Source: Squalus acanthias
Taxonomy: Eukaryota
Direction: 5' to 3'
DNA length: 64,000 nt
Assembly: GCA_030390025.1 (NCBI GenBank)
Contig: CM059440.1
Span: forward strand, 17,918,001 to 17,982,000
Below, piece by piece: positions 12,651-25,214 of this stretch. The notes beneath the pieces are model-generated. The model was not told the origin of the DNA. It saw only the letters and a list, made by a program, of their open reading frames with translations, and did not search any database. Made by a program: the position numbers and the translations under genes. How positions within the stretch are numbered: position 1 is the first letter of the stretch; each line of letters starts with the position of its first letter.

Positions 12651-13799
12651 GGCGAATACGGAAGCCACTTCCACAAGCTGCCCCAACCACAGCAGTGAAC
12701 TCAGCAGCTCCAGCTCCGTAGGTTGGGACACAGGCGGCAGAGGACGCAAATGTCACCTGGAAGCACTCAGGTGAGACTGGGATTTGCAGTAAGTCATATT
12801 GGCAGAGTAATAGAAACGGAGTGTAGCAGTGCTATGACCTGCACTGAGCCAGAACTCAACGCCAAATATAAATAATTAAAAAAAAATCCATTCTTCAGCA
12901 TTCTTGTCCCTCAGCTTAATAAGCACAGCAAAACACAAAACAGGTACCTCATCAAACTGAGCAAATATTCCTTAATGCAGTCGGTGACAAGACAGGAGGT
13001 GATATTAAATATAGATTACCATCCAGCGTATGGGACACGATGAAGGTCATCTGTAATCGAATGAGAACCGAGTCTTTGAAGGATGATTGGTCTCAGCTAT
13101 GGCAAGTAGAGGAACAGAAAGTTGCTCGCAGACTGTTATCCCAATGAGGCGCCCCAACCTTAACAGAGAAGCTTTATTTCACATAATAAAGATAGGTTGG
13201 GACTGGGAGGATAGACCAGTCTGTGCAACATTTCAGTTACGTATTACACTATGAAAGGTCATGACTCATGGATAGCAAATGTAAACTGCTATAAAAATGG
13301 AATTTAATTCCCAGCTGGGGCTCCAGACAGGCACGATGGGGAGGGAAAACAACCACACAGGCAGGCATTAAAAAAAAATCAACTGATAGTGAAAGGACGC
13401 TGCACTAGTCGCTCAGAGACAAGGTCAGGGAAAACAACCTGTTTGTAACCACTATTCAGCCATTTTGTCACTCAGCGCCTCTTCATTGCAGAAGCCATTA
13501 GTACCTGTCACCAAACTACGGCTGCAAACACTAACAGGGCTTTCTTTAACACGGCAATGCTGATGGAGAGCAGGAGATTGGTAATTCCCTTCTGCACTGT
13601 ACGCTCAGAAGTTCAGGAACTTTACACAGACTGAATTAGAGTTATTTCACTTGACTCCAATTAACAAAGTCAACTTGAACTCAACACTTGAAGATAAATT
13701 GAAAATATTATTTTTTTTAAATTCTTATATTGAGTTACACAAAGCAGGAAGGTTCAAAGGTTCTCTCCTCTCCTGTGCTCTTACTGCCTCCTCAGGGGA

Positions 13800-14045
13800 T
13801 GTGCTAAGAGCACAATTCACCTTGGTGCCCCGGGTCAGGGTTACAAAAATAAACCAGGCAGGTTTCCCAGCTCCTGAGCTGCTGGACGTTTTTGCATGTG
13901 CATGTAGAGTGAAGACAGATTGGGTGTGGTTGTGGTGCCCCTTAAGATTGAATAGTTTGCTGGCACTCACTATCTAGGTTCATAGGTGCAAAATGGTCAC
14001 TTGGGAGATCCCAGCGAACAGCCGGCACCTTCAGGGGAGAAAACT
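13800..14045 (+). mobile_element. SINE family B fragment
   Basis: aaccaggcaggtttcccagctcctgag...ggcactcactatctaggttcata...aatggtcacttggg. Confidence 0.6.
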
Positions 14046-15724
14046 GGTGAAACAAAACCCTGATCAAGCCATGATCCTACCTCCCTGCCTCATCCTATCC
14101 TATGCCCTGTTGGTTTTGGACTTGGGAAAACCTGAGTAACCACAGAGTGAACTGGAATTATTTGTCTTGATAGCAATGCAACATTTATTGAGTACCTTCG
14201 TTTCCATTTTTTTTAAATTGCCGAAATGGGTCACATCACGACAGCTTTTAAAATTCCCAGTTTGACATATTTTTGGAACTCTCCTCAGTAACAGGATCTT
14301 TATCTAGAAAAGGACAGAAAACAAGAGAATGCGAGTCCTGTCTTATCAAGGCCTTTACTGTAATGAAAGATCACTGAAAACACTGACCAAATATTCAGAA
14401 ACATTAACCATGAAAGAAATTCTGGTTAATCACACATTGAGCATCCTGTGTTGCAGGTTCTCACCTCCTGCGCAACCAACCCAAAGATTGTTCAGATCAT
14501 ACACTCCAGACAATACAATACAAACCGTCAAGTAGGAGGCTAAGCAACTAAATGCCAAAAAAATTCACATACAGGTTATCTTCTGCAAAACAGATCTGAA
14601 AGGTGACATCAAATATGTGTTCAGTACTCAGGGTACAGTGTGTTTCAAAGCCTGGCTTGCTGACAAGATATGATTCAATTCTTCAGCTTTCTGTATCTTC
14701 TCATCCTTCATTTTCCCACCTCCACATTGTACATATGCTGAGAAAGCAGAATGTAGACTCCTCCGTCACTGTGCTGATAATGCCACTGTTCCATCTCCTG
14801 CCTACATGAGCTGTACTGCACAGGATGAGCCACATCCCAATAACCCCCACTCCTGAAAAAACACACACCCAGCTGGAGCACTCTGCTGCTTAAATAAAAG
14901 ACCCTACTCCAAAGTACTGTGTGAATGTTGGGCGAGGGCAGGATTGGACTCAGTTGCGATGCCCTCTATGGGCGAGTTGTCTTGTCGATCTTTATCTGAT
15001 CGCACACAAGAGTTAACCACGAAGGGATGGTATTGGAAGGTGACCCAGCAAGAGACAATACTTTTAGGAGAGGAAAGCAAGATAAATGGAACCAGGTAAA
15101 AAAGCTAATTTGAGGGACGATAATTTGGAACTGGGCCTGGCTGCTCTGCCTACTGGGTTAGGCACATGAAGGGAGAAAAAAAATTACTTTGGAAAAGAAA
15201 AGCTGGGGCGGAACCAGAAGAATAATAATCACTTGATATACATTTCTGTAATGGTTTTGGTAAATTTGATTCATCGTGTCAATTATCACTAAAATATTCT
15301 ATTACAAAAATGATCAGATGCCACTGATTATAAGTCCTTCTGAGGCTTACATCAAATTAATCACCAGTATCTGACCTTTCTTGAGGCTAGATTTAGCCAT
15401 TAAGTCACTTGCCTGCTGCAGGCTCGTGCCTGATTCAAGTGGAATAAAATGACAACATTTAGAGTCACTTATGGGTTTGCTTACAGCAGGCTCAGCCAAG
15501 CCTGTGTCACGTCACAATGTCCCAAATGCATCCAAATTCAACAAGTTCAATCTGTGACCACTGACATCTAGTTGGCACGGGAGCAAAAGTGAGACACACT
15601 GCCTGAATCACTTTTACATTCTATTCCAATTCTCTGTCCCAGTTATTCATTTTTTTAAAAAGATATGGTGCTCACGCTCAGTCAGAGGTGGTACTTTTTT
15701 TTTTTACAGGGTGTTTTGTTTTAA

Positions 15725-16340
15725 TTTATTCATTCATGGGATGTGGGCGTCGCTGGCAATGCTGGCATTTATTGCCCATCTCTAATGGCCCTCGAGAAGT
15801 TGGTATTGAGCCATCTTCTTGAACTGCTGCAGTCCATGTGGTGAAGGATAGGGAGTTCCAGGATTTTGACCCAGCGACGTTGAAGGAACGGTGATATATT
15901 TCTAAGTCAGGATGGTGTGTGACTTGGAGGGCAACTTGGAAGTGATGGTGTTCACATGCGCCTGCTGCCCTTGTCCCTCTAGGTAGTGGAGGTCGCGGGT
16001 TTTAGAGGTGCTGTCGAAGAAGCCTTGGCGAGTTACTGCAGTGCATCTCAGTACACACTGCAGCCACGTTGCTCCAGTGGTGGAGGAAATTAATGTTTAA
16101 GGTTTAAGATGGGGTGCCGATCAAGTGGGCTGCTTTGTCCTGGATGGTGTCGAGCTTCTTGAGTGTTGTTGGAGCTGCACTCATCCAGGCAAGTGGAGAG
16201 TATTCCATCACACTCCTGACTTGTGCCTCGTAGGCTTTGGGGAAATCAGGAGGTGAGTCACTCGCCGCAGAATACACAGCCTCTGACCTGCTCTTCTAGC
16301 CATAGTATTTATGTGGCTGGTCCAGTCACGTTTCTGGTAT
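15725..16340 (-). mobile_element. LINE family B 3' fragment (RT C-terminal remnant plus 3'UTR)
   Basis: Antisense translation WTSHINTMARRAGQRLCILRRVTHLL is a non-LTR RT C-terminal motif; tail (rc) gccagcgacgcccacatcccatgaatgaataaa. Confidence 0.85.
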
Positions 16341-16345
16341 CGTCT

Positions 16346-17630
16346 AACATAGAACATAGAACAGTACAGCACAGTACAGGCCCTTCGGCCCTCGATGTTG
16401 TGCCGAGCATTGTCCGAGACCAAGATCAAGCTATCACACTCCCTATCACTCTGGTGTGCTCCATGTGCTTATCCAATAACCGCTTGAAAGTTCCTAAAGT
16501 GTCCGACTCCACTATCACAGCAGGCAGTCCATTCCACACCCCAACCACTCTCTGAGTAAAGAATCTACCTCGGACATCCCTTCTATATCTCCCCCCATGC
16601 ACCTTATAGTTATGCCCCCTTGTAACAGCTGCCTCTACCCGAGGAAATAGTCTCTGAACATCCACTCTATCTATCCCCCTCATCATCTTATAAACCTCTA
16701 TTAAGTCGCCTCTCATCCTCCTCCGCTCTAAAGAGAAAAGCCCCAACTCCCTCAATCTTTCCTCATAAGACCTCCCCCCCAAACCAGGCAGCATCCTGGT
16801 AAATCTCCTTTGCACTCTTTCCAATGCTTCCACGTCCTTCCTATAGTGAGGTGACCAGAACTGCACACAATATTCCAAATGTGGTCTCACCAAGGTCCTG
16901 TACAGTTGCAGCATAACCTCACGGTTCTTAAACTCAAACCCTCTGTTAATAAACGCCAACACACCATAGGCCTTCTTTACTGCTCTATCCACTTGAGTGG
17001 CAACCTTCAGAGATCTGTGGATATGAACCCCCAGATCCCTCTGCTCCTCCACGTTCCTCAGAACCCTGCCGTTGACCCTGTAATCCTTATTCAAATTTGC
17101 CCTACCAAAATGAATCACCTCGCACTTATCAGGGTTAAATTCCATCTGCCATTTTTCGGCCCAGCTCTGCATCCTATCAATGTCTCTTTGCAGCCTACAA
17201 CTGCCCTCCACCTCATCCACTACTCCACCAATCTTGGCGTCATCAGCAAATTTACTGATCCACCCTTCAGTCCCCTCCTCCAAGTCATTGATAAAAATCA
17301 CAAACAGCAGAGGACCCAGCACCGACCCCTGTGGCACACCGCTGGTAACTGGTCTCCAGTCCGAAAATGTTCCATCCACCACCACCCTCTGCCTTCTATG
17401 AGATAGCCAGTTACTTATCCAATCGGCCAAATTTCCCTCTATCCCACAACTCCTTACTTTCTTCATGAGACGACCATGGGGAACCTTATCAAACGCCTTA
17501 CTAAAATCCATGTATACGACATCAACTGCTCTACCTTCATCTACACACTTAGTTACCTCCTCAAAGAATTCAATCAAATTTGTTAGGCAAGACTTACCCT
17601 TCACGAATCCGTGTTGACTATCCCTGATTT
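16346..17630 (-). mobile_element. Young 5'-truncated CR1 LINE (~1.3 kb)
   Basis: Uninterrupted ORF2 segment plus 3'UTR ending in a (ttctatg)n tail (aacatagaacatagaac on +). Confidence 0.96.
16426..17630 (-). CDS. CR1 ORF2 reverse transcriptase domain and C-terminus (partial, no native start)
   Basis: SQHGF.KGKSCLTNL, VYMDFSKAFDKVPH, SGVPQGSVLGPLLF, FADD, RPHLEYCVQFWSP, ERRRMRGDLIEVYK; stop-free for ~400 codons. Confidence 0.93.
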
Positions 17631-17639
17631 TTAACAAGG

Positions 17640-18126
17640 TAAGTGGTTAATTAATTACAATTTAAAAATCTTTTCAACAGGTTTATCTTTTTTAGATACT
17701 TTAAAGAAAGGTAAGTTTATTTTTAGCACCGTTACAAATAATTAATTTTTTCAAAAATTTACATTTTTGTTTAAAGTAGTTAATTTATTTAACATATTTA
17801 TTTTTAAAAAGTGATTTTTGAAAAAAATTTATTTGAAGTTTAAGTGTAGTTTTGGGGCCGATCTCTATTCATAGATTTGACAGGTCTTCCTGTCAAATCT
17901 ATGAATGAAAATGCCCTGCTAGGATTGGCTCTCCATGGCTCACGTGATCCCAGGGGACACTTCGAACTAACTGCGCCCCTGGGATACACAAGCACTGCGC
18001 ACCGGCAGCTGTAGGAGGCCCAGGACCCGAAGTCCTCGTGGGCCCAAAGCACAACTGCAGGCGCGGTAGGCAAGTACGCGTGCGATGTTTGCACCCGCAG
18101 GAAGCCTGAAAGCTGAATTTCTGGCC
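17640..18126. mobile_element. Right half of a putative non-autonomous DNA transposon
   Basis: AT-rich then GC/CpG-rich segment ending aatttctggcc, similar to the terminus aatttctaggcc at ~56000-56011; contains a perfect 18-bp hairpin at 17867-17906. Confidence 0.45.
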
Positions 18127-18199
18127 GATTAAGATTTACAGCAAGGTTTCTGTCTTAGCAAAATAAGGGAAATAATTAACAGAATTGGGCAGGCAAATT

Positions 18200-18460
18200 C
18201 TTCGCTATGGGCCAGGGGTTCAACTGCCATGGGATACAACCTGAAAGTTAGGAGCAGTAAAGGGAAATCAGGGGGAACTTTTTCACCCTTAGGGTAATAG
18301 AATTATGGAATAAATTAGCACAGGAGTAGACAGTGGAAATGCAATCAAGAGGCAATTAGATGTGTTTTAAAGAGAGAAGCATTTGAACGATATGGTGAAA
18401 AGGTGGGTGGGTGGGGTTCAGGTCTGTCAAGAAGGAACGGGCTTCTTTGGCCTTTTCCTA
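18200..18460 (+). mobile_element. Old CR1 3' remnant
   Basis: gggggaactttttcacccttagggtaatagaattatggaataaatt (FF..RV..LWN.L) then degenerate 3'UTR. Confidence 0.6.
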
Positions 18461-19125
18461 TTGCTAAAAATTCAAAATACTATACTCCATTATGCATCCT
18501 GACTATGGAGAGCAGGGTCTCTTCAACGGAGGACTGCAACAGTTGCACCTGGATTGCTGGTGCAAAGCTGAGACACTCTGTACAGATCCACAGCACTCCC
18601 TCTGGAAGAATCAGTGACCTGAATCACTAAACAGGACCCGCCACAGAAACTATCTGCAGCAATAGAATTAATGAGATGCATTCTTTACCTGGCCTGCATC
18701 AAGAATAGAATCAAGGTGCCAGGGGTTGTGATTATTCAATTTCAGATCATAAAACCACCAGTGCGGTGACAAGGCCTGGTAGGGCCGTGACTCGAATAGG
18801 CAGCAATTGTGAAATGATCTCTGCGTGCTGAATCACGGGACTGCAGGACTTCATTTTGATAAATGTGTCCAAGAAAAAACAAGTTTTCAAATTTGTTTCT
18901 ACTGCTGCCTGTCCTTTTGTCACTAAAGGGAAAGTCTGACACTTTTAAACAACGCTACAGAACCATTATTTGATTTTGTATTGCACATATTCTACAGTAA
19001 GCCATAACTCTATAAAACCGAAGTCCATCCAAGGCTTGAATACTGTCTCTGTATCTATTCGGCTCTTCAAACACTTCTATCTCATTCTTTTGAACAGGAT
19101 ACAGAAACGCGTGCTATCTGATGGG

Positions 19126-19626
19126 TGAAGGATATATTGGCCTTTGAGGGAGTGCAGCATAGGTTTACCAGAATGATACATGGACTCCAAGGGTAAATTA
19201 CAAGGAGAGATTAAACAAACTAGGGCTGTATTCCCTAGAATTTAGAAGGTTAAGGGTGATCTGATTGAAGTTTTCAAGATATTAAGGGGAATTGATAGGG
19301 TAGATAGAGAGAAACTATTTCCGCTGGTTGGGAAGTCTAGGATTAGGGGGCATAACCTTAAAATTAGAGCCAGACCTTTCAGGAGTGAAGTTAGGAAACA
19401 CTTCTACACACAAAGGGTGGTAGAAGTTTGGAACTCTCTTCTGCAAATGGCAGCTGATGCTAGGTCAATTGTTAATTTTAAATCGGAGATTGATGGATTT
19501 TTGTTAACCAAAGGTATTAAGGGATAAGGGGCAAAGGCGGGTATATGGAGTTCAGTCACAGATCAGCCATGATTTCAATGGCGGAATAGGCTTGAGGGGC
19601 TAAATAGGCTACTCCTGTTCCTATGT
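19126..19626 (+). mobile_element. CR1 LINE 3' fragment (frameshifted)
   Basis: aaggatatattggcc...gaatttagaaggttaagggtgatctgattgaagtt...tggaactctct...cagatcagccatgat...actcctgttcctatg. Confidence 0.9.
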
Positions 19627-19750
19627 GATCCCTCTCTCACCTCCAACCTCTCTTGCTCTCTCATGAAGTTTATCATCTATTTTGTTGGTACCACTGTGGT
19701 CATTGCTCCTCTTAACTTTCCTCTCTTGTTTCTTCTAAGTCAGAAATTAG

Positions 19751-20288
19751 GAGAACGGAAGCATAGTGGTTATGTTACTGGACTAGTAATCCAGAGGCCT
19801 GGACTAATGATCCGGAGACGTGAGTTCAAATCCCACCACAACAGCTGGGGAATTTAAATTCAGTTAATTAAATAAATCTGGATAAATAAAGCTCGTATCA
19901 GTAATGGTGACCATGAAACTATCGGATTGTCGTAAAAACCCATCTGGTTCACTAATGTCCTTCAGGGAAGGAAATCTGCCATCCTTAACCAGTCTGGCCT
20001 ATACTCCAGACTGACAGCAATGTGTTTGACTCTCAACTACCCTCTGAAATGGCCCAGCAAGCCACTCAGCTCTCCTGGTGTACTGGCCAAAATTTGACCC
20101 TCAACCAACATCACCAAAACAAGATTATCTGATCATTTATCACATTGCTGTTTGTAGGACCTTGCTGTGCACGGATTGGCTGCTGCATTTCTTATATTAC
20201 AACAGTAATTACAATTCAGTAATTCATTGGCTGTGAAATGCTTTGGGACGTCCTAAGGTTGTGATATAAATGCAAGTCCTTTTTTTCT
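19751..20288 (+). mobile_element. Chimeric SINE: family C head/body (19751-~20069) joined to DeuSINE 3' half (~20070-20288)
   Basis: 5' part matches the reverse complement of the family C copy at 39000-39383 (B box gagttcaaatcc); 3' part matches DeuSINE cctggtgt.ctggccaa...tataaatgcaagtc. Confidence 0.8.
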
Positions 20289-20384
20289 ACCCTGCCTGTG
20301 GATAACCCCTGAAATCACCGCACCAATCCAAAGCACCAAATTTCCAGCTTTATGGCATGTTATCAAGTGGCCATGTTTTGGCTT

Positions 20385-20765
20385 TTCTCCCTCATCCTAA
20401 TTAGTGCCTCTTCAGAAAACACTGGTCCTTGCTGGGGTACAGTTCCACAGGAAGGCCCCCAGCCCTTCACTAACTCTCCCAAGTGGCGACTCTTCATGTG
20501 TGTCGGAGGATTATTCAACAGCGGCGCTTGATCCAGTCTTCACCTGATCCCCACACACATGCACTTTTCAGCGGGGAATGGGCAGAAATCAGCAGCAGGA
20601 ACCCCCAGCTAACTTTTACCCTTTAAAGTAGGGCCACCGAGGCCAACTGTAACACCCCAACTGCTGCCCTAGTGGAGTAACTCAACACAGGCCAGGAATG
20701 GAACATGAAATCGCCTGGTCAGTATGGCTGAGCACCAACCATGCATTGCATTTACCCACAGATCA
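20385..20765 (-). mobile_element. SINE family B, near full length
   Basis: gctggggtacagttccacagg...cccaagtggcgactcttcatgtgtg...gcaggaacccc...cctggtcagtatggctgag...tgcatttacccac. Confidence 0.75.
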
Positions 20766-22351
20766 ATCCGGGGAGCTTCCCACTCTATTTTGAGAGAAAT
20801 AATTTAGGATTAAATGAAACAAAGAGCAGGCATCCACTGTAGAGAGGGTGGAACCAAGGAAAGAATATCCACAAACTACTTGACATAAATATTACGTCAC
20901 CTCTAATCTACAGGTTACCCATAATAATAGTATTCTTCTCCAAGGTGGAAAGTTCACTAATGCAGTATTTACAATAAAGGAAGGTGAAACACATTTCTGG
21001 AGTTTTGACAGCAGAATCCTTCAGCAAAGCCCAGCTTCCACCAGGTGCTTCAGAAATATTTTCACGTAGAGCTCTGAAAGCTGTTAATTGAAGACACCCA
21101 CGCAAGCCTGTGCTCTATTATTGCGGGTTAGAAGCTTCACAAGTGAAAGGCAGAAGCCTGTTTTGTATGTACAGGCTCTATTCAAGAGGCATTCTCTGAA
21201 CACTTTCAATGAGTCATAATAATTTAAAAAACTTAAGAAAAACCCTTACGGTACTCTTTGTGCTTGTGCACATCGAGTCATTCCTTTCAGAGAACCAGAG
21301 AAGCACCTACAGCTGCCTCTGCAATTTACCCAATCTCACCTAAAATGGGCAGGGGGCACTGAAATCACATTTACCCTGCTAAACTCCAGCTACAATATAA
21401 AACCCTGCTTATGACAAAGCAAGATGATTGAAAAGGGAAAGCACTCAGCAAACTAATCTGGAGTGATTGCTGTGAAGGAGTTCACTGTAAGCTTTATTCA
21501 AATCGATGCATACTGTCAGATTAAGAGATGATGTCATTGTTGTGTGGCAGATAAGCTTGCAAGGAAACACCATGATCAGAGCCAACAACAAAGTGGGAGG
21601 AGTTTGACCACAGGTGTAAAAAATTAAGATACATTTTCCTTCTTTTGCCCTGTCCCAAGGAAAATGACAGCAGTATTGCTTGCTGTACAGAAATGAGCAA
21701 ATTTGGATCTTTATTTATGCAGTGTATTGATTCCATTCCCAACTGATGGGAATACAGATTCCTTAGAGCCAGGAGGCTGTGCACACAAATGCACTTAACG
21801 GATTTTTAAAACTGCACGGATTTATGTGCCTGACTTGCACATGCTTGTGTGATATTAGGAGACAAACTTTTCAATATCAACTGCTTTTAATATCTGACCT
21901 TCTTGCCGATTGTAGACAAGGTGTATGCTGGCAATATGCCATTGCAGCAAATAAGCATAGCTGTTTAAATTCTAACTCTGCTCGAGTTGGTTGCAAGGAG
22001 ATGTGCAGCAGTGACTCTGGATGACTCGCCCTGTGATTTTAGCTATAAGGTGAGCATCATTACACACTGTTCCTAGGAACACCACTGCTTTATTAGGTTT
22101 TTTTTAAACAGCCCAGTGCTTTCAGTGGTAACCAAGGTATCTCAAAACAAAATGAAAATTGGACAGAAAAAGGTCCAGTTTTCTAATGCTTGAGATGTGT
22201 CAAGAGGCTGCACACATCCCTGAAAGGCCTGCTTGTGCACATCGTGACTGGGTCTTGCTTTGCATGTGCTCACAGCCTTAATTTAAGAATGTCCCACCCC
22301 CTATCTGGTTTAACATTGGGGAAAAAGTGGTCACACCAACATCACATACTC

Positions 22352-22532
22352 AAAACAACAACAGAAAACGCTGGAAAAACTCAGCAGGCCAGGCAACATC
22401 CGTGGAGAGAGAAGGGTCTTCGAACTGAAACGTTAACTCTGTTTCTCTCTCCACGGATGTTGCCTGGCCTGCTGAGTTTTTCCAGCGTTTTCTGTTGTTG
22501 TTTCAATTTTCCAGCATCCGCCGTATTTTGCT
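22352..22532 (+). mobile_element. Short Penelope-type fold-back element with 11-bp TSD
   Basis: Perfect 61-bp inverted arms 22353-22413/22443-22503; TSD ATCACATACTC at 22341-22351 and 22533-22543; same family as 33028-33688. Confidence 0.85.
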
Positions 22533-22604
22533 ATCACATACTCGACATGTGGTGATCGCTAGTAATGAGCCCTTACCCTTGCACATTCCCAGAGCATTAG
22601 TATA

Positions 22605-22908
22605 AAAGAAAGAAAGACTTGCATGTCATATAGCGCCTTTCACGACCACCGGACGTCCCAAAGCGCTTTACAGCCAATGAAGTTGGCAGCCAATTTGCGC
22701 ACAGCAAGCTCTCACAAACAGCAATGTGATAATGACCAGATAATCTGTTTTGGGGATGTTGATTGAGGGATAAATATTGGTCAGGACACCAGGAATAACT
22801 CCCCTGCTCTTCTTCAAAATAGTGCCATGGGATCTTGTACTTCCACTTGAAAGAGCAAACAGGGCCTCGGTTTTAAGTTTCATCCAAAAGATGGCACCTC
22901 CAACAGTA
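22605..22908 (-). mobile_element. DeuSINE/SacSINE1-like SINE, 5'-truncated
   Basis: aaagaaagacttgcat...tagcgcctttcacgacc...gtgccatgggatctt...ggcacctccaacagt, antisense to 59040-59380. Confidence 0.88.
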
Positions 22909-24829
22909 TAGGAGAGATCCTGGGTGTGGGAGTTTCAGGTGGGAGCCATTACCTGAGACAGCGGCGAAAAACATAAACAAGGCTAAAATACTGAGAAGTG
23001 CACCCGAGTCACAATGAGGTCTCGTGGCATTGTGTCAAGTTCTTTTCCCTGCAATTCTCTTAGTTTCTCTTTCGATCATTCCCTTTCCTGTGTTTAACTT
23101 AATCCCTTCTCAGCTCACCTGGCTGTGGGATTTGTGAATGTTTTTCCTTGCAGCTGCGGCTGAGGGGTTATCCCAGGAAGGGATACAAGGCCTATTGTTT
23201 TAATCGAGAACTTTCACTACCATGATGAATGCTGGGATAGTTTTGCCTCCATGGCCTTCTATTGCTTTCTCTCACTCTCTAGGAACAGAAAGTAAGCTAC
23301 ATGGCAGCAAATTCTTACACAGCCCCTACATGCATTAGATTGCAATCCTGAGGTGGTGAGGTGGCAGACAGTGATCTAATGTGCAAGTCTCCTGCTGAAT
23401 GTGGGAAAGTTTGTAGCCTTGGCCACTCCATATAATAGAGTACTACTAATACTGTTATATTAGTTCTCCGACCAAAAATAAAGACAGAATATGTAACAAC
23501 CATAACAGGAGAAATTATTCTGAGGTGTAAACACCAGTCTTGAAGAAGTATTTATGTATTACTAGCTGATCTTCTGTGGCAATGCTCGTGCAAGGCCTGG
23601 AGAATGGTTGTGATGGTTCACTACCAAAGTGGAACTCTGTTTAACCTGGCCTGTCACTTTAACGTCGCTGATTAGCTACTCGCTGTGAGGAAATGATTCA
23701 AATAGACACATCCTGAGGACAACTGGTCTTGCTCTTGAAAACTTCTCTGCATTGAGCAACCACTTGGTTCGTCTTTTTGGGGAAAGGTTAGGTTATCACG
23801 AGGTCAGAAAAAAACAAATGATTGTCTCTCTTTGTATTTTTTTTTGAATATTGTTCGGTTGGCATCCCTTGGCATTGTTTATATCGTGTGAGGGAGCACT
23901 GGATAAAGACAGGCACACACAAAGTGCCAGTGGTATTGCCCATGTGCAGTGGATGACTACAAGTCTTCTTTATTCAAAAGATCACAACAGAGCTGGGAAG
24001 AGAGACTTCCAAAACTCGCGCCACAAAGCCACCTAGTAGCCAGGCCCTGCAATTAAACTGTGACAGCTGACATAGCAAAATTGAATGGGAAATGTTGACA
24101 ATAATTTACATCGGCAATGGTTGACAGAAATGCGTGACCAAAAATCCTAACAGCAGGAAGTAAGGTTTGTGGACAGGAAGTGCATGGCCTACGCAAGATT
24201 TCTATCGATGTTTCTATTTCAATAGTTAGATATAGACAGATAGGTGGACAGATGAGTAATACTTATATAAAAACACAATACTGCACATGGTTAAAGAACA
24301 AGAGAAAAGACCCGTGCTCGTAGCTGCAAATTGAGCAGTACTATGTTACACATGTCAAGAACTACACTTTACGAACTGTGCTGTCACTATTACTAAAATA
24401 TGGAAATTTCAATGGTTCTTACCAACTAAATAAGAGGACAGTAAATTTCTGTAATTTCAATTTACCAAGAAAAAGGCTGCTTGCTGATATTAGGAGCCCA
24501 TGTTCACTCTGTTAATAACTGATCTCTGAACTGATATTTAGAGATAAATTGCTTCTAAACCACATGCTTTTAAGAGAAGTATTAGTGTCGGTTGGTACTT
24601 ACGTGCAATGCGCTTACCACTGTATTTGTCACACGGGATGGACTTCATGAGCACACTAAAATAAAGTAATAGATCTGCACGGGCTTTTTTGAGATACATG
24701 CTACAACAAACCTTTCAATAGGAGATAACCAGAAAAAGGTGGCTGTGGTTGGATCCTGTGGGTAAATATTCCACGTGCATAGACTTGTCTGACACACATG
24801 TTGCTGCTTCAGTGACTCTTTCCCACTCC

Positions 24830-25205
24830 TTCAATTTTCTTCCCTCTTCACCTGAAGACCCTAACTCATGTTGGCGTACAATTACATTGGCCCCCAGCAC
24901 CTTGCCCAAGTGGCTATTCTTCACATGCTAGCATAAACAGTGCGAGCCAATAACCTACTTAACCACGTATGCCATCACAACTAGACAGAACTCGCCCTGA
25001 TCCAACATCCTTTACACACTGTTTTTTGCCAAGGGGGGGTCACTGACTGCGGGAACCCTGGCTGATTTTTTCTCTTAGCCCAAAAGGTACTGAGGTCAGT
25101 TGCAGCACTACTGCCTCTGCCTGGCTGATGTCAGTTAGCTCAACACAGACCTGGGATCACACTTGGGACCCTGCTGGTCTGTGCGGCTAGTACCATCAAG
25201 CAGTG
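24830..25205 (-). mobile_element. SINE family B
   Basis: cttgcccaagtggctattcttcacatg...gggaaccctggctgattttt...gttagctcaacacagacc. Confidence 0.7.
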
Positions 25206-25214
25206 CATTTTTTT

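Noticed and set aside
16879-17406. 175-aa plus-strand ORF and similar ORFs at 5121, 9535, 27380-28333
   Set aside because: Antisense shadows of LINE RT coding sequence.
20894-21110. Open frames on both strands with AG/GT boundaries (also 4253-4324, 8673-8795)
   Set aside because: Peptides unrecognised and splice signals mediocre; not supportable without expression data.
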